From: Octopus vulgaris
Taxonomy: Eukaryota
NCBI GenBank assembly: GCA_951406725.2
Contig: OX597827.1
Span: 38,564,001-38,628,000 of the forward strand
DNA length: 64,000 bases
Direction of reading: 5' to 3'
The first letter of the stretch is position 1. Each line of letters begins with the position of its first letter. Below are positions 48,272 through 60,900 of this stretch, piece by piece. A model generated the notes under the pieces. It did no database searches and was not told where the DNA came from. It saw only the letters and a list, made by a program, of their open reading frames with translations. The position numbers were made by a program, and so were the translations under genes.

Positions 48272-50052
48272 ACCTAGAGGCTCCCTCATTAATGGTTGTG
48301 GTGCTTAGACCCAGATCAGCTTTAATTCAGAAAGCTTAGAAACAAAGACAATGCAAATGCAACATCTTTTGTTCAGACATATTGTCTCTAAACACCACAT
48401 TATCTATTGTACCCTTCCTTTTTATAAGATGTTACAGTGTGAATTTGAAGAACATTTTTGACTTCTATTTTTAGGCGATCTAGGGACCATGTATAAGCAC
48501 CGGTGTTAGTGTTTTTGTGGTTTTGCTAGCTTCATGGTAGATAAATTAAGCTAATTGAACAGACCAACGAGCAAAGATTATTCCAAGCATGTCAATCCTA
48601 TACTTGTTTATTTTTTTCTCTTGAATCACATTGTGTATCCAAGATCATACTTTGTGTATCTTCTCATTTAATTAAAAGGATAATGTGATTTGAGAGAAAT
48701 TTTGCTGCTGTTTCTAGCAGTTGAGAAATCTGGCAGAGGCACTCTCATTTGTACACTGCATTGAATTGTCATTGGAGAAGCCAGAATCACATGATTGTGA
48801 AGCAAACATCTTGACCACCCACAACCCTACCCGCACCCAGCAATTTCACTGGTGACCTTGGAGTTGATCTGAACTGATTGATCACAACTCAATAACAACA
48901 TGGTTTTATTATTTTATCTTAGCTGAGACAGTGCCCATAGCTTTTTGTAGACCTTAAGTTATGAGTTAAGGTTCACTTTGAACAGTTGGATGTTAGTGTT
49001 TGTGGAGGAAACATGGGTAAGGAAGGAGACCTAGTAAGAATGATTGGACCTTGTTATTGTTTAGATACAGGCCATCCCTGGTCCAACATTTCTTCAATCA
49101 AAGATGTACCAGTCTTTAATTCAGGCACAATGTATCTAAGATGGCTCTAATCTATAACGGTTTTTTTTATCTAAGATTTTTAAAGAGGTATATGGCTGTT
49201 ATTTCTAGCAGGTTAAGTTTAAAACTCAGAAGCTAGCTCTTTGGTAGCTGTATTGTTGTTTAACTCCAGGTCTTCATTGGTTCTGCAGACCTACAGTCAA
49301 AGGTTATCCAAACATCTTTATCATGTCTTTTATTCAGACCTAGTATATCTAGGAATACATTATCCAATGTGTTTTTACTCTAAGACAATAGGTTGTAGTT
49401 TGTTGAAGCTTTAGGTGCTTTTTCTTGCAGATAAATGTTCCCTTATTCGCTTCAGAGGCACCCTCAGTGCCTAATTGGGCTAAATTTTATTGTTTAGCCC
49501 TAATTCAACACTGATCAAGCAAAACTATGATCAAAACTAAGACCATCCCACTTTTATATATATCCAGGATTATATTATTCAGCATGTTTGATTTTTTTTA
49601 TATTATAACATCATTTGAGGATGACTTAAATCTGCTATTTCTAGCAGATCCTGCAATGATATAAAAGCTTTCTCACTGTACTAGCGCTATAGCATGATGC
49701 AAAAGAACAAGACAAGTAGATGTGATAAATAGGCTGACAAGAGGTAGGTACTATACAATGGGAAAGTTTAGAAGAGCATAGACCCGTATAGTAACAGTGG
49801 AAGAAGCAGAGAGTGACCATAATTTGTTGGTGCAACATATTGATAAATAAAAGCTTGCTTAACAGAATGGAGGTGTTTCTTCCTCCCTCTCCATTTCAAT
49901 ATTTGGCCTGTATGTAGTCTTAACCTTATCCCAAATGAGCTGTAGAATGTAATTGTCCCCTTGTGCAAGGTCTGCAAAGATTTTTCTTAACCCTTCTTAT
50001 ATCCCTCTTCCACTTTGGCAACTATTTTTGAGAAATATCTCCTTGCTTTCAG

Positions 50053-50166
50053 ATTAAAGTTTAATCTAGGTTCCTGTTGTAAAGCAGATATTATGTATAA
50101 AGAAATTGTGCTACTGATGTTGGGTTTTGCAGCTGGTATCACATGGCTAGTTCTCAGACACAAACC
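50053..50166 (+). CDS. SPPL2: SPPL2-like exon, TM4 (LKFNLGSCCKADIMYKEIVLLMLGFAAGITWLVLRHK)
   Basis: gctttcag acceptor and CC|gtaagt donor; 114 nt, phase 2-2. WLVLRH corresponds to family WxVFRN. Confidence 0.9.
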
Positions 50167-50295
50167 GTAAGTATTCTTTTACCAGTTTCTTCAATTTTCA
50201 ACTGATTTCTACTAAAAACCAAAGCAAAGTTTAATCACTCTAGTGCAAACTGGTGTTTCTCAATCTCATCCCTTTCAGCAAAACTTGCTGTATTA

Positions 50296-50550
50296 CATGA
50301 TGTACATCTGCATCACATGTTGTGCATCTGCACCACATGATGTACATCTGCATCACATGTGCATCTGCACCACATGATGTACATATGCATCACATGATGT
50401 ACATCTGCATCACATGTTGTGCATCAGCATCACATGATGTACATCTGCATCACATGATGTACATCGGCATCACATGATGTACATCGGCATCACATGATGT
50501 GCATTTGCATCACATGGTCTTCATCTACATCACATGGTCTTCATCTACAC
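50296..50550. repeat. 20-bp minisatellite (catcacatgatgtacatctg), about 12 copies
   Basis: Read directly from the sequence; the unit contains the palindrome gatgtacatc. Confidence 0.92.
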
Positions 50551-51051
50551 ACGGTCTGCTAGTGTTCCTAGTCTGTAATGTTGTGAGCTTAAGTACAACA
50601 CATGACTGATAAAGTAGATTCTTCTCAGCTTCATGGTTGCATGATTAGTAATAAAAAAAGCAGCAAACATTTAACTATAATTCCATTCTCATCTTTGATG
50701 TTTCTTATAAATATTGCATCATTGCAAGTACTTGCCTGGTACTTTATTGAGTTGACAATCCAACTAAACATATATCTTGTATTCAAAGACCAGCTGAATA
50801 GTGAAGAATTCTGAGTTTTTTACTACAAATAATGGGGAGATTAAAGAGATGCTAAGTGTTCATTGGTTTGGGAAATAAATTATTTTGTGTACATACCTCC
50901 ATGCTTGTATAGGTTCAATGGGTCTTCTCCAGCACAGTTTCTTACTGTTTGTTGCAGTTTTTGTCACTTTGCAGCTTTCACCAATTCTTCTCATGACTTC
51001 CTTTGTATTCCCCTTCTACAGATTCCTTTCATTAGAATTTCTACACATTCT

Positions 51052-51284
51052 TATTACTTTACTGCCCACAAAGGGCTACACACAGAGGGGACAAACAAGG
51101 ACAGACAAACGGATTAAGTTGATTACATCGGCCCCAGTGCATAACTGGTACTTATTTAATCAACCCTGAAAGGATGAAAGGCAAAGTTGACCTAGGCGGA
51201 ATTTGAACTCAGAACATAGTGGCAGACGAAATACCGCTAAGCATTTCGCCCAGCGTGCTAACATTTCTGCCAGCTCGCCGCCTT
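51052..51284 (-). mobile_element. Full-length Deu/Nin-like tRNA-SINE with 17-bp TSD
   Basis: gaatttctacacattct at 51035-51051 and 51285-51301. Confidence 0.92.
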
Positions 51285-51817
51285 GAATTTCTACACATTC
51301 TACCCTACTATCATCTTCCATTTCTTTCCAGCCTTCATACATCCTTCACATTCAATTCCTATGTCTTTCTGCATTGCAACATTGCACTTCATACACATGC
51401 ATCATACAATCTGCCCTTCACTCAAAGAGAGAATCTTTTTGTTTCAACATAGATAAGCTCTCCCTATTATTTCAGTTTCTATACCTTCCTACCACAGATT
51501 CTCTTGTGTTTTGGGGTGCATCTAACTCATAATCTGATGTCACCAATCACTGATTGTAAACAAGCATCACCCTCATCAGTTTACCAATCCATTAAGCATG
51601 CATCATTTTTGCTATTGTCATGGCTAAGTGGTGAAAAATAAGAACGGAAAAATATATTGCACAGTATAACCAAAATAGCCCCATACCATGGAAATACAAA
51701 CTTGCATAATTCCTATTAGGGTGTAAAGGAAAAAAGAAAAAGGATATCTCTTTGATGATCACTAACTTCTTTATTATTTATACCACTGATGTATTAAACT
51801 AATAATCATTATTTCAG

Positions 51818-51899
51818 ATATTCCTGGATCTTGCAAGATATTCTAGGAGTGTTGTTTTGTATCAATGTCTTGAAAAACCTTCGAATTCCCAGCTTAAAG
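51818..51899 (+). CDS. SPPL2: SPPL2-like exon, TM5 (YSWILQDILGVLFCINVLKNLRIPSLK)
   Basis: atttcag acceptor and AAG|gtgaga donor; 82 nt, phase 2-0. WILQDILG and RxPxxK are SPP/SPPL (peptidase A22B) motifs. Confidence 0.96.
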
Positions 51900-52679
51900 G
51901 TGAGAAAATTATTTGACTTTTGGATTGGGGATATTGTGGGGGGGGGGTCCCCTAAGCAGCCAGCAGAGTAAGGAAGGGTTACAAAAAATTTAGTAAGTGT
52001 TGCAGAAGGCAGACTGAAACATGTAAGATGTGTGATGCACCAAAACCGTTTTAAGGGCTACATGCTTTGTATTGTTATTGGATCAGCGAACTTTTCCGGG
52101 AATTACCGGGTATGTCAGATAGTTATCCATAAAAGTAACTAAGAATTTTATGGGTAAACCCTAACAAAAATTAAGGTAAGCTAAACCTGAAAATTCAGAA
52201 TAATGTTGTAATAAATATAAAAGTGATGAAAGCTGTATCACTGTTATCATAATGAATTCTGCAAGGGAGTAGCAGTGGATTGATTAGTAATGACAATATG
52301 GCAAGTATATATTATGGATTTCTCTCCCACTCTGTTTATCTGTTTATACATTTGTATATGATATATATATATATATATATATATGCACAGACTGAAACAT
52401 GTAAGATGTGTGATGTTAGATGTAGAAGCTTAATAACCCATGACTGCAGTATTTCAGTTGGGACACCACTGTGTTCTCACTTGAGCTGTGTCTTGTTATC
52501 ATCTATCTTTTGTTTTAGTCATTGAACTGCTAGGGCACTGCCTCAAAGAGCTTAGTTGAGCAAATCCCAGTACTTATTTTTCTAAGTCTGGTACAAATTC
52601 TATCAATCCCTTTTGCCAAACTGCCAGGTTGCAAAGACATAAACAAGCCTACAACAGTTGTTAATTGCTGGGAGACACG

Positions 52680-52766
<87 letters not shown>

Positions 52767-53295
52767 ATTATCCTCATCATTTAATGTCTGTTTTCCATGC
52801 TGACAATGAGCTTCCACACAATTTTCATCTATTAAATTCACTCACAAGTTATTGGCTGGCCTGAAGGTTGTAATAGAAGACACTTGCCTAAGGTGTCAAA
52901 CAGTGAGACTGAACCTGAAACCATATAGTTTCAAAGTGAGCTTCTTACTCATACAACCATGTCTGCACTCACATATGTATATATTGATTTCAAATTTTGA
53001 TACAAGGCCAGCAATATTTGAAGATGTGGGTAAGTCAATTATATTGACCCCAGTGCTCAACTGGTACTTATTTTATCAACCCTGAAAGAATGAAAGATAA
53101 AATGCTGCTAAGCATTTTGCCCAGCATGCTAATGACTTTGACAGGTTACATTATATGTAACACTGTAACAACAGCAATTAAAATCCAATGACTTTTAAAG
53201 AACTTCATAAAAGCTACCAGAAATACTTCTTGATACCAAGATTGTAAAATATTTATGAAGAATTCACCATTTCTTACTTTTTTTCTTCATCACAG

Positions 53296-53370
53296 GCTGG
53301 CACCCTACTTCTAGGAATGTTCTTCCTTTATGATATATTCTTTGTGTTTTTGACACCACTGTTTACCGAG
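53296..53370 (+). CDS. SPPL2: SPPL2-like exon with first catalytic aspartate, YD motif (AGTLLLGMFFLYDIFFVFLTPLFTE)
   Basis: catcacag acceptor and GAG|gtaagt donor; 75 nt, phase 0-0. TAT GAT (YD) at 53329-53334 within YDIFFVFxTP. Confidence 0.96.
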
Positions 53371-53494
53371 GTAAGTTTCATCTTTATTCTTTAATATATA
53401 TTTTTTGTCTTCTCTACATCTTACTCTGTTTTCTCTTTCTTCTTGGTTTCTTCATCTGCTGTCCTATTCTTTTAGGTTATTCTGTCATCCCATT

Positions 53495-54100
53495 TGTCTT
53501 CTGTCTCTTCCTTCTCCTTCTGCTTCTGTCTGCTCCCCCTCTTGCACCCTTTCACTTCTGTTTGCTTCTCCTCCTGCCTCTCCTTCTTCTATTTGCTCCC
53601 CCTCCTGCCTCCCCCTTTCACATCTGTTTACCCCTCCTCATCCCCCCCTCTGCTTTCGTCTGCTCCTCCTTTTGCTTCTGTCTGCTCCTCCTTCTGCCTC
53701 CCCCTTCTGCTTCTGTCTGCTGCTCCTTCTGCCACCCTCTACTGCTTCTCTCTTCCCCCTCCTTCCCCTTTCACTTCTGCCACCCCTTCTATTTGCTCCC
53801 CCTCCTGCCTCCCCTTTCACTTCTGTTTACCCCTCCTTCTGCTCCTCCTTCTGCCTCCCCCTTCTGCTTCTGTCTGCTCCTTCTTCTGCCTCCCCCTTCT
53901 GCTTCTGTCTGCTGCTCCTTCTGCCACCCTCTACTGCTTCTCTCTGCTCTTTCCTTCCCTTTCACTTCTGCCACGCCTTCTATTTGCTGCCTCCCCCTTT
54001 CACTTATGTTTTTTTCTGCTTCTGTCTGCTCCTCCTTCTGTCTCCTCCTTTTGCTTCTATCTGCTTCTTTTTCTGTCTTCTCCTCCTCCTTTTTCATTTT
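53495..54100. repeat. Pyrimidine-rich low-complexity repeat with internal duplications, filling most of the intron after the YD exon
   Basis: ctcctccttctgcctcccccttctgcttctgtctgct units; a longer block recurs at about 53685-53755 and 53880-53945. Confidence 0.9.
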
Positions 54101-54281
54101 CTTGTAGTAATGGTACTGGGCCATAGTTCCATAAACTATAAGTTCAAAACCCAACTATGGTCATGGGTTTGCCATAGTGAGTGAGCCCCATTATATCTAA
54201 TCTATTACATAATATATTGTAACCCATTGTTATGACATGGTAGCTTTACATTTCATTGTTTCTTTTTTCCCATCCTTCTAG

Positions 54282-54341
54282 AATGGTGAAAGTGTAATGG
54301 TTGACGTAGCAACAGGCAAAAGTGGCCATCATTCAGAATCA
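54282..54341 (+). CDS. SPPL2: SPPL2-like exon (NGESVMVDVATGKSGHHSES)
   Basis: ccttctag acceptor and TCA|gtaagt donor; 60 nt, phase 0-0. GESVMVxVATG family motif. Confidence 0.94.
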
Positions 54342-56157
54342 GTAAGTACAAGACGCTACACTTTCAGGGAATTTTTTTTTCTTTTTTTTTGTAGTTGTTT
54401 CTTTTCTACATTTATTTTCAGACAACTCAGTTTTTGTTTTCAGAAAACTTTCTATTGATTTGTAAATATTCCATTCCTGGCAGGAATCTTAATTAAATTC
54501 TAAGACAAATGCTATTTCTAAATTACACATGAAAGTATCAGTATAAGGTTTTATAGCTGGGTTTCTAAAAGCATGATCAAGATTTCAAATTTTCACTACA
54601 ACCACTGTGTTTGGCAAAGACATATAGTTGTTTTTGTGTTTGCCTGACTCATATAAAACTGGTTCTACTTGCTAGCTCACAGTTGAGTGGTTAGCAATAG
54701 AGACATTCCATCTACTCTAGAATAGAATAATGGAACAAGAAGGATATTTAGCACAATTTTTAAATACCAAATTTTCCCTGATTGAATGAAGGTGTTCCAG
54801 TCATGACTATCCTGTCCTATTGTGCATTTCATTACCTAAAACTACATTATGTCCTTCCTTTTTCAAACAGTAGGGGGCAATCTGAGGAAGACTTGGCTGC
54901 TATTTTGAGAAGGGTAAGCCATTATGTAGATTCCTTTCCAGTGGCTCAGTGGATGTAAAATAGGGGGGGGGGGGTAAATGTCTAAAATGTGAGGTGAATC
55001 CTCCTTTCTACTAAAGGCATGATGCCTAAAATTTTGGACGGGGCTAGTCAGTTATATTTACTCTGGTATTTCACTGGTACTTAATTTATCGACCCTGAAA
55101 GGCAAAGTTGACCTCAGTAGAACTTGAACTTAGAATGTAACGATGAGCGAAACACTGCTAAGCATTTCACCCAGTGTGCTAATGATTCTGCCAGCTCACC
55201 ACCTTAACCATCATGATAATAATACAAAATTTTTTTATGACTGTTAACCTTACCTTCTCAGATCATAATGGTCGTGGCAGCAGTGGTGGTGGTGGTGGTG
55301 AATAAGAAGTGTCCAAAACTTCGTTTCTCTTCATCCCCGTCCCATTTCTTTGTCATTCCATGGTTTTCCATTGTTTCCCAGAACTGTGGAATCACTGCAT
55401 ATCAGTACTTTATTCATCTGTCCTTTCATGGACCTCAAAACTCCTCTGTGTGTGTAGTGGGTTTAAGTAACAAGTGATTAAGAGCCAGCTTGGATGCAAG
55501 TAATATTTCTCACAACTGCTATTGCTCTTAAGAGTATTTTGTATCATCTTTGGGTATCTACTTACACTTTGGAAGATTGGACTATTGAGCATTAAGTAAC
55601 CTCATCATCATCATCACATTTATCACCAATTCCAACTAGAACTAACCTCTTGAAAGTTAAATGGTTTGGCCCTGGGTACCTACTTAAGGCTAGGTGGACT
55701 GGGCTGTTGGACAGTTAAACAACTTGGTTATGGACACAAGTTGATGATTCTGAGCCTGAATATTTGATGATTTTATACATTACTCAAATATGTTCTACAT
55801 TAGATTATTTGCTTTTTTTTTTAATATTTATTCGCATTATATTTGCCTGTTTCAGCAATATACTTCTTTTCTCACACAAGTTATGTTTTTCTTCAACACA
55901 CGCCATGCTTTCCTTTTCCATACACACACTAAACATGCCTTCTTCAATGCACCTTATACAAGCTTTCAGTGATAATCTGACAACAGTAATCTATTATGGC
56001 ATATGGATTATACTTTTTCAGGCTTTTCTCCTCATCTTTACAATTTGATATATCTCTTGATATTTGCACCTTACATTTCAATCAGTTTGTTCTCCAGTCG
56101 TAAGTGTCTTATCCCTAGATAGATGGTATTGTACAAGACATGAACTAAAAACATTTA

Positions 56158-56430
56158 CAGTGGAACCATGGTTTATGAATTTAATTCATTCCTGAAGGCC
56201 ATTTGTCATTTGAAATATTCAGAAATCAAAACTATTTTTCCCATAGGAAATTCAAGAGAAAGCACAGCAAATTCAAGCAGGGATGTGTACTGAGTGAAAA
56301 CTAGACTGCAATTGACACTCTACTGCTGGTATACCCACTTATCACCAACTCCTGTGTATTCATTGCTTAAGACACTGTTTGTCACAAGACATTTTATTCA
56401 AAAAATTGTTTGTAAACCAAGGTTCCACTA
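56158..56430. mobile_element. pogo/Tigger-like MITE
   Basis: TA-cagtggaaccatggtttatgaa...tttgtaaaccaaggttccacta-TA. Confidence 0.7.
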
Positions 56431-56464
56431 TATTTCTGAAGACAAGGTTTATCATCTGAAAGCT

Positions 56465-56800
56465 TAAAAGTAAAAGACCCCCTTTGGTCAGGAATGACCA
56501 TAGGATTGCACCTAGAAAGTTCCCCTTCAAGATACAAGTCCAGGCAAAGTTGCTTATAGAAGACCAGTAGTCACCCATGCATACCAGCCTCCCCCTCTCC
56601 ATGCCACTGATGTTATCCAAGGAGTAGGCGAAGGCTGATACAGCTTAGCACCAGTGACATCACAACTCATTTCTACAGCTGAGTGAACTGAAGCAAGATG
56701 AAATAAGCTGTCTTGCTCAAGAACACAACACTTCTCCCAGTCTGAGTATCAAAATCACTACTTCATGATTGTAAGCCCGACATCCTAACCACTGAGCCAT
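56465..56800 (-). mobile_element. tRNA-derived SINE with CORE-like segment
   Basis: Minus strand reads atggctcagtggttagg (A box) and ttgagcaagacagcttatttcatcttgcttcagttcactcagctgtagaaatgag. Confidence 0.6.
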
Positions 56801-57066
56801 TAATAACAGTTCATTTCTCAGATATTTACACACTTAAGTCTGCAAGTTTTCATTTCCCTTTGAAAAAGACCAATGATAGTCTCTCTTTCCCTCTCTCTCT
56901 CTCCAAAAAAATACCATCTTCTACATTTCTTTGTTTAAAAAACATATTTTTGAGATGTATAGAGACAAGCAACAGGGAATTACCTGCAAGTTCTGCACTT
57001 ACTCGTTTACGTGAATGTTTGTCTCAAAAATAAACCCGCTGTGATTTTTGTTTCTGTTTTTGTTAG

Positions 57067-57141
57067 GCTGCCAGTAACAGTATGCCTCGGTCCTTAAATG
57101 TACCAGACAATAAAAAAGATGTAAGCTCAACTAGGGAAGTT
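57067..57141 (+). CDS. SPPL2: Probable additional SPPL2-like exon with two in-frame donors (AASNSMPRSLNVPDNKKD[VSSTREV])
   Basis: Long U-rich tract and tgttag acceptor. Donors are GAT|gtaagc after 57120 (54 nt) and GTT|gtaagt after 57141 (75 nt). Both are phase 0-0 and open. Confidence 0.68.
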
Positions 57142-57502
57142 GTAAGTATTTCTTGCACCCAGTAAACTTGGTTCTTGTGTTCCTTCATGTAGGTTGCATT
57201 AATTTAATCGGATTTTTCACACATACAACCTTGCACGGCTTCTTCCAAATTTCTTTTCTCCACCATTCTTATCTAATGTGGTGTATTGGCAGAACCATTT
57301 GGGCATCAAACAAAACACCTGCAGTATTTAGTTATGACACTTTGTTCTGAATTCAAAGTCTGACAAGATCAACTTTAACTTTCATCCTTCTGAAGTTGAG
57401 AAAATAAGTACCAGGCACATAATGAGGTTGATAGTCTTATAAGGCATTCTAGATGGAAATGGAATTGTAACACTGTGGAACAGAATTTAAATTTTTTTTC
57501 TT

Positions 57503-57931
57503 TGGTCAGTAAATGTTATTTCCTATTTGCTTCTATCTAGAAATCAAAGGAAATGACTACTATTTCCTTCAAACATTGCTTTTGTGACCTGGACATCAAT
57601 GTTTTGAAACCGACCTATTTTCCATTACATTTCAGACAGATTCAGTGCCAAGTTGCTGAAGCAAAAATATTGCTATAGCGAATATTCAGCTTAATACCAC
57701 AGATTTGCTTATCAGTTGCTTAATCTTAATTATTTGAGCATGTCCCTTAGTGGCTGACAATATGTGCATCTCTGATCATGAGCAGTAGTAGTAGGGGGGA
57801 CATCATAGCCATGTGTTGAGAGGGGTTCTTTGGGGCTTGAATAAACGTATCAGAAGCAAAGTTTGAAGAAAATATTAACCATATTTCATACTTTCTAGAG
57901 GTAAACAAATAGGAAATAATAATTGCTACCT
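57503..57931. mobile_element. MITE with about 40-bp imperfect terminal inverted repeats
   Basis: ttatttcctatttgcttctatctagaaa versus tttctagaggtaaacaaataggaaataa. Confidence 0.55.
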
Positions 57932-60900
57932 AAGGGTAAAAATCATGTTACACAGTGTAATATAAACTTCCCTCCAATTTTGTCCCCTAATACACAAAAC
58001 TGTAAATCATCTTTCCAGGATTGATAAAATGAAATTCCAATCAAGTATTGGGGTCAATTAACCCCTCCATTACCTGAATCCTTTGATAGAAATCCACCAT
58101 TATTTATCCTTTCCCAGCTGGAGCAGCCATGTATCTCCTTTACACTCCCTTTATCATACTTTGGCCCCTCAACACCTGGCACAAAGCCACTTGCCTCAAC
58201 ACTGCACCCCAACTCAGTTGAAGGTTCTTGTCTTGAAAGTTACTTGGTGGCATCCTTAGTGCTGGTGCCACAAAAAAATGCACCTAGTACACTCTGTAAT
58301 GTGATTGGATTTAGAATGGACATCCAGCCATAGAAACCATGGCACATTGGAGTTCATCTCAATTCTCTAGTTTGCCAGATCCTGTTGAACCAGCCAACCT
58401 ATGACCCACATCAATATCCAGTCCTTATTGCAGCATGTTGGCTTATGTACCTCATTGTATCATGTCAGTGGACCACCAGCTCCTGGAAGAGCCTACTGGA
58501 TGGGTCAAAGGTTAAGGGTATCCAGCTGTAAAAACCATGCTAAAACAGACTTCACCAATGCTGGTGCCATGTAAAATGCACTTGGTTCATTCTGTAAGGT
58601 GGTTGGTGTTAGTAAACCTGGTGCAGTCTTCTGGCTTTGCCATCTCTCAAACTGTCCAACACATACCAGCATGGAAAATGGATGTTAAATGATGTACCCT
58701 TTTTCTCTTTTATTAGTTTCAATCATTAAATTGTAGCCATGCTAAGATACCATCTTCAAGGGTTTCACTTGTTTAATATCGACCCCTTGTTTTATTAACT
58801 TATTTTATTAACCTCACATGGGTGAACAGCAAAGTTGACCATTAACCTAAGTGTATAGAACCGTAACCAAATCCTATCAGGTACTTTTGTTTAATGTTTT
58901 AACCAGTTCTGCCATCCTTTCGCTATAGATAGATAGTTGATAGACTAATATAGACAAATATATAAATGAAAGTGCACTCAACATGTGATGAGGAGTTCTA
59001 ATATTGGTATAAACTTAACTTGAAATTTCACTGATGTAAAATACCCCTGATGTTTTATAAGCTCACTTCTGAAGTAACACATTCTGTCTCAATGATCAAG
59101 AATTAGAGGAGGTGGGGATGTCACATCTATGAAAAATAAAGTAATGCTTCTCAGAGTGTAGCTGGTTCCCATCCTAGGTCACCCGAGAAAATGTTTGTGT
59201 TTTAAGCTATTTAGTTCCCTGTACACTTATACTCCTATCTCCCCTTCAAACTACCCATTTCTGGCCTTTCTGCTGCCATTGCTCCTATTCCTAATCCCTT
59301 CCTTGGTCTACAAGCCTTAGGTTAATGAGTACTCCAGTTTTGGTGCCACTAGAAAACACACCCACTCTATTCTGTAAAGTGGTTGGTGATAGAAAGGGCA
59401 TCCAACTGTGGAAACCAAACCAAAGATGCAATGTACAAAACCCCAGAATTTTAAGAATAGTGGCTTCCAATAGGAAATGAACGAGACTGATGACCATCCA
59501 ACTTGTATCAGCATTGAAAATTATATAACATCATCATCATCATCGTCATTTAATGTCCATTTGCTATGCTGGAATGGATTGGACAGTTTGCTTGAAAATT
59601 GGTAAGCTGGGGAGCTGCACCAGGTTTCAATTTTATTTGGCATGGTTTCTACAGCTGGATGCCCTTCCTAACACCAACCACTCCAAGAGTGTAGTGGGTG
59701 CTTTTTACATGCCATCAGCATGGGTACCAGTTACAAAACACCAGCATCAGCCACAACTGCGGTCTCACTTGGCTTGGCAGGTCTTCTCAAGCATGGAATA
59801 TTGCCAAAGGTTCTTTTATTCTTTTTCACATTTCAGTCATTTGACTGTGGCCATGCTGGAACACTGCCTTAAAGGGTTTTAGTCGAAGAAATCACCCCCA
59901 GGACTTGGTCTTTGTAAGCGTAGTACTTCAGTTAGTCGCTTTTGCCAAACCACTAAGTTACAGGGACATAAACACACCAACATCAGTTGTCAAGCAATGG
60001 TGGGGGAGATAAACACAAAGATACACACACACAGAAATAAATACATACATATATATATATGTGTGTGTGTGTGTGTATGTAATATATTGAGTTCAAATCC
60101 ATTTCTGAGGTGGTGAATTGGCAGTTGTTAGAGCATTGGACAGAATGCTTTGCACCATTTGTTCTTATTCTATGTGCTTTGAGTTCAAATCCTGCTGTGG
60201 TCAATATTGCTTTTCAATCCTTATGGAATTAAGAATAAAAAAAAAGTACCAGTCCAAGGTGCAAAATAGGCTGAGCTATAAGAACATTGAATCAGCTGCC
60301 TCGTGTTATTTATTCCAGCTCTTTGCATTCTGAGTTCAATCCAACCATGACCTACATAAGTGGTAGACATAACCCATCACCCAGGTTAACACCACCACTT
60401 GACACCTTCAGCATTTTAGCAGAGTGCCCTGTCCAACACCCAGGCCAGCTTTCTGGTTTGAAGCTACTTTTGTCCTTTCCTCCTTCCAGTCTCAGTGACC
60501 ATGTAAAAGGTCCTAGGTACTGACTTCTCCCACTGGCTAAAAAAAAAAAAAGTATTAAATAAAATCCTGATTTATTTTTGCATGTGCTTTTTGTTTCGTT
60601 AACAATTAATGTGGAACAATGAGTGTGATATTTAACCACAAAGTGATAGTTCTTTTGTTGTTGTTGTTGTTGTTTTTTTAATTCTTCTAGAGCAAAATAG
60701 ACTGTAGTGCCTTTTACTAACTCAGCTAACAAAATAGGAACCTCTCTTTATTTCATGGTTAGTTGACTGATTGATTGCTTGATAAGACAGGATATTATGA
60801 ATCCCAGCTTCATGACTTTCCATTGTCATTAGTTGTATTGTTTGACTTGTCTCAGTCTGTATGGCTGACAAATAGGCTGCATTCTTAAATCATGGTTGTG

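Noticed and set aside
53405-54184. ORFs of 259, 210 and 181 aa rich in Leu/Pro/Ser
   Set aside because: They translate a pyrimidine-rich low-complexity intron that lacks stop codons by composition.
56436-56470. Hammerhead-like CTGAAGA...GAAAGCTT
   Set aside because: Stem II barely pairs and stem I is only T/A runs, so it cannot be distinguished from chance.
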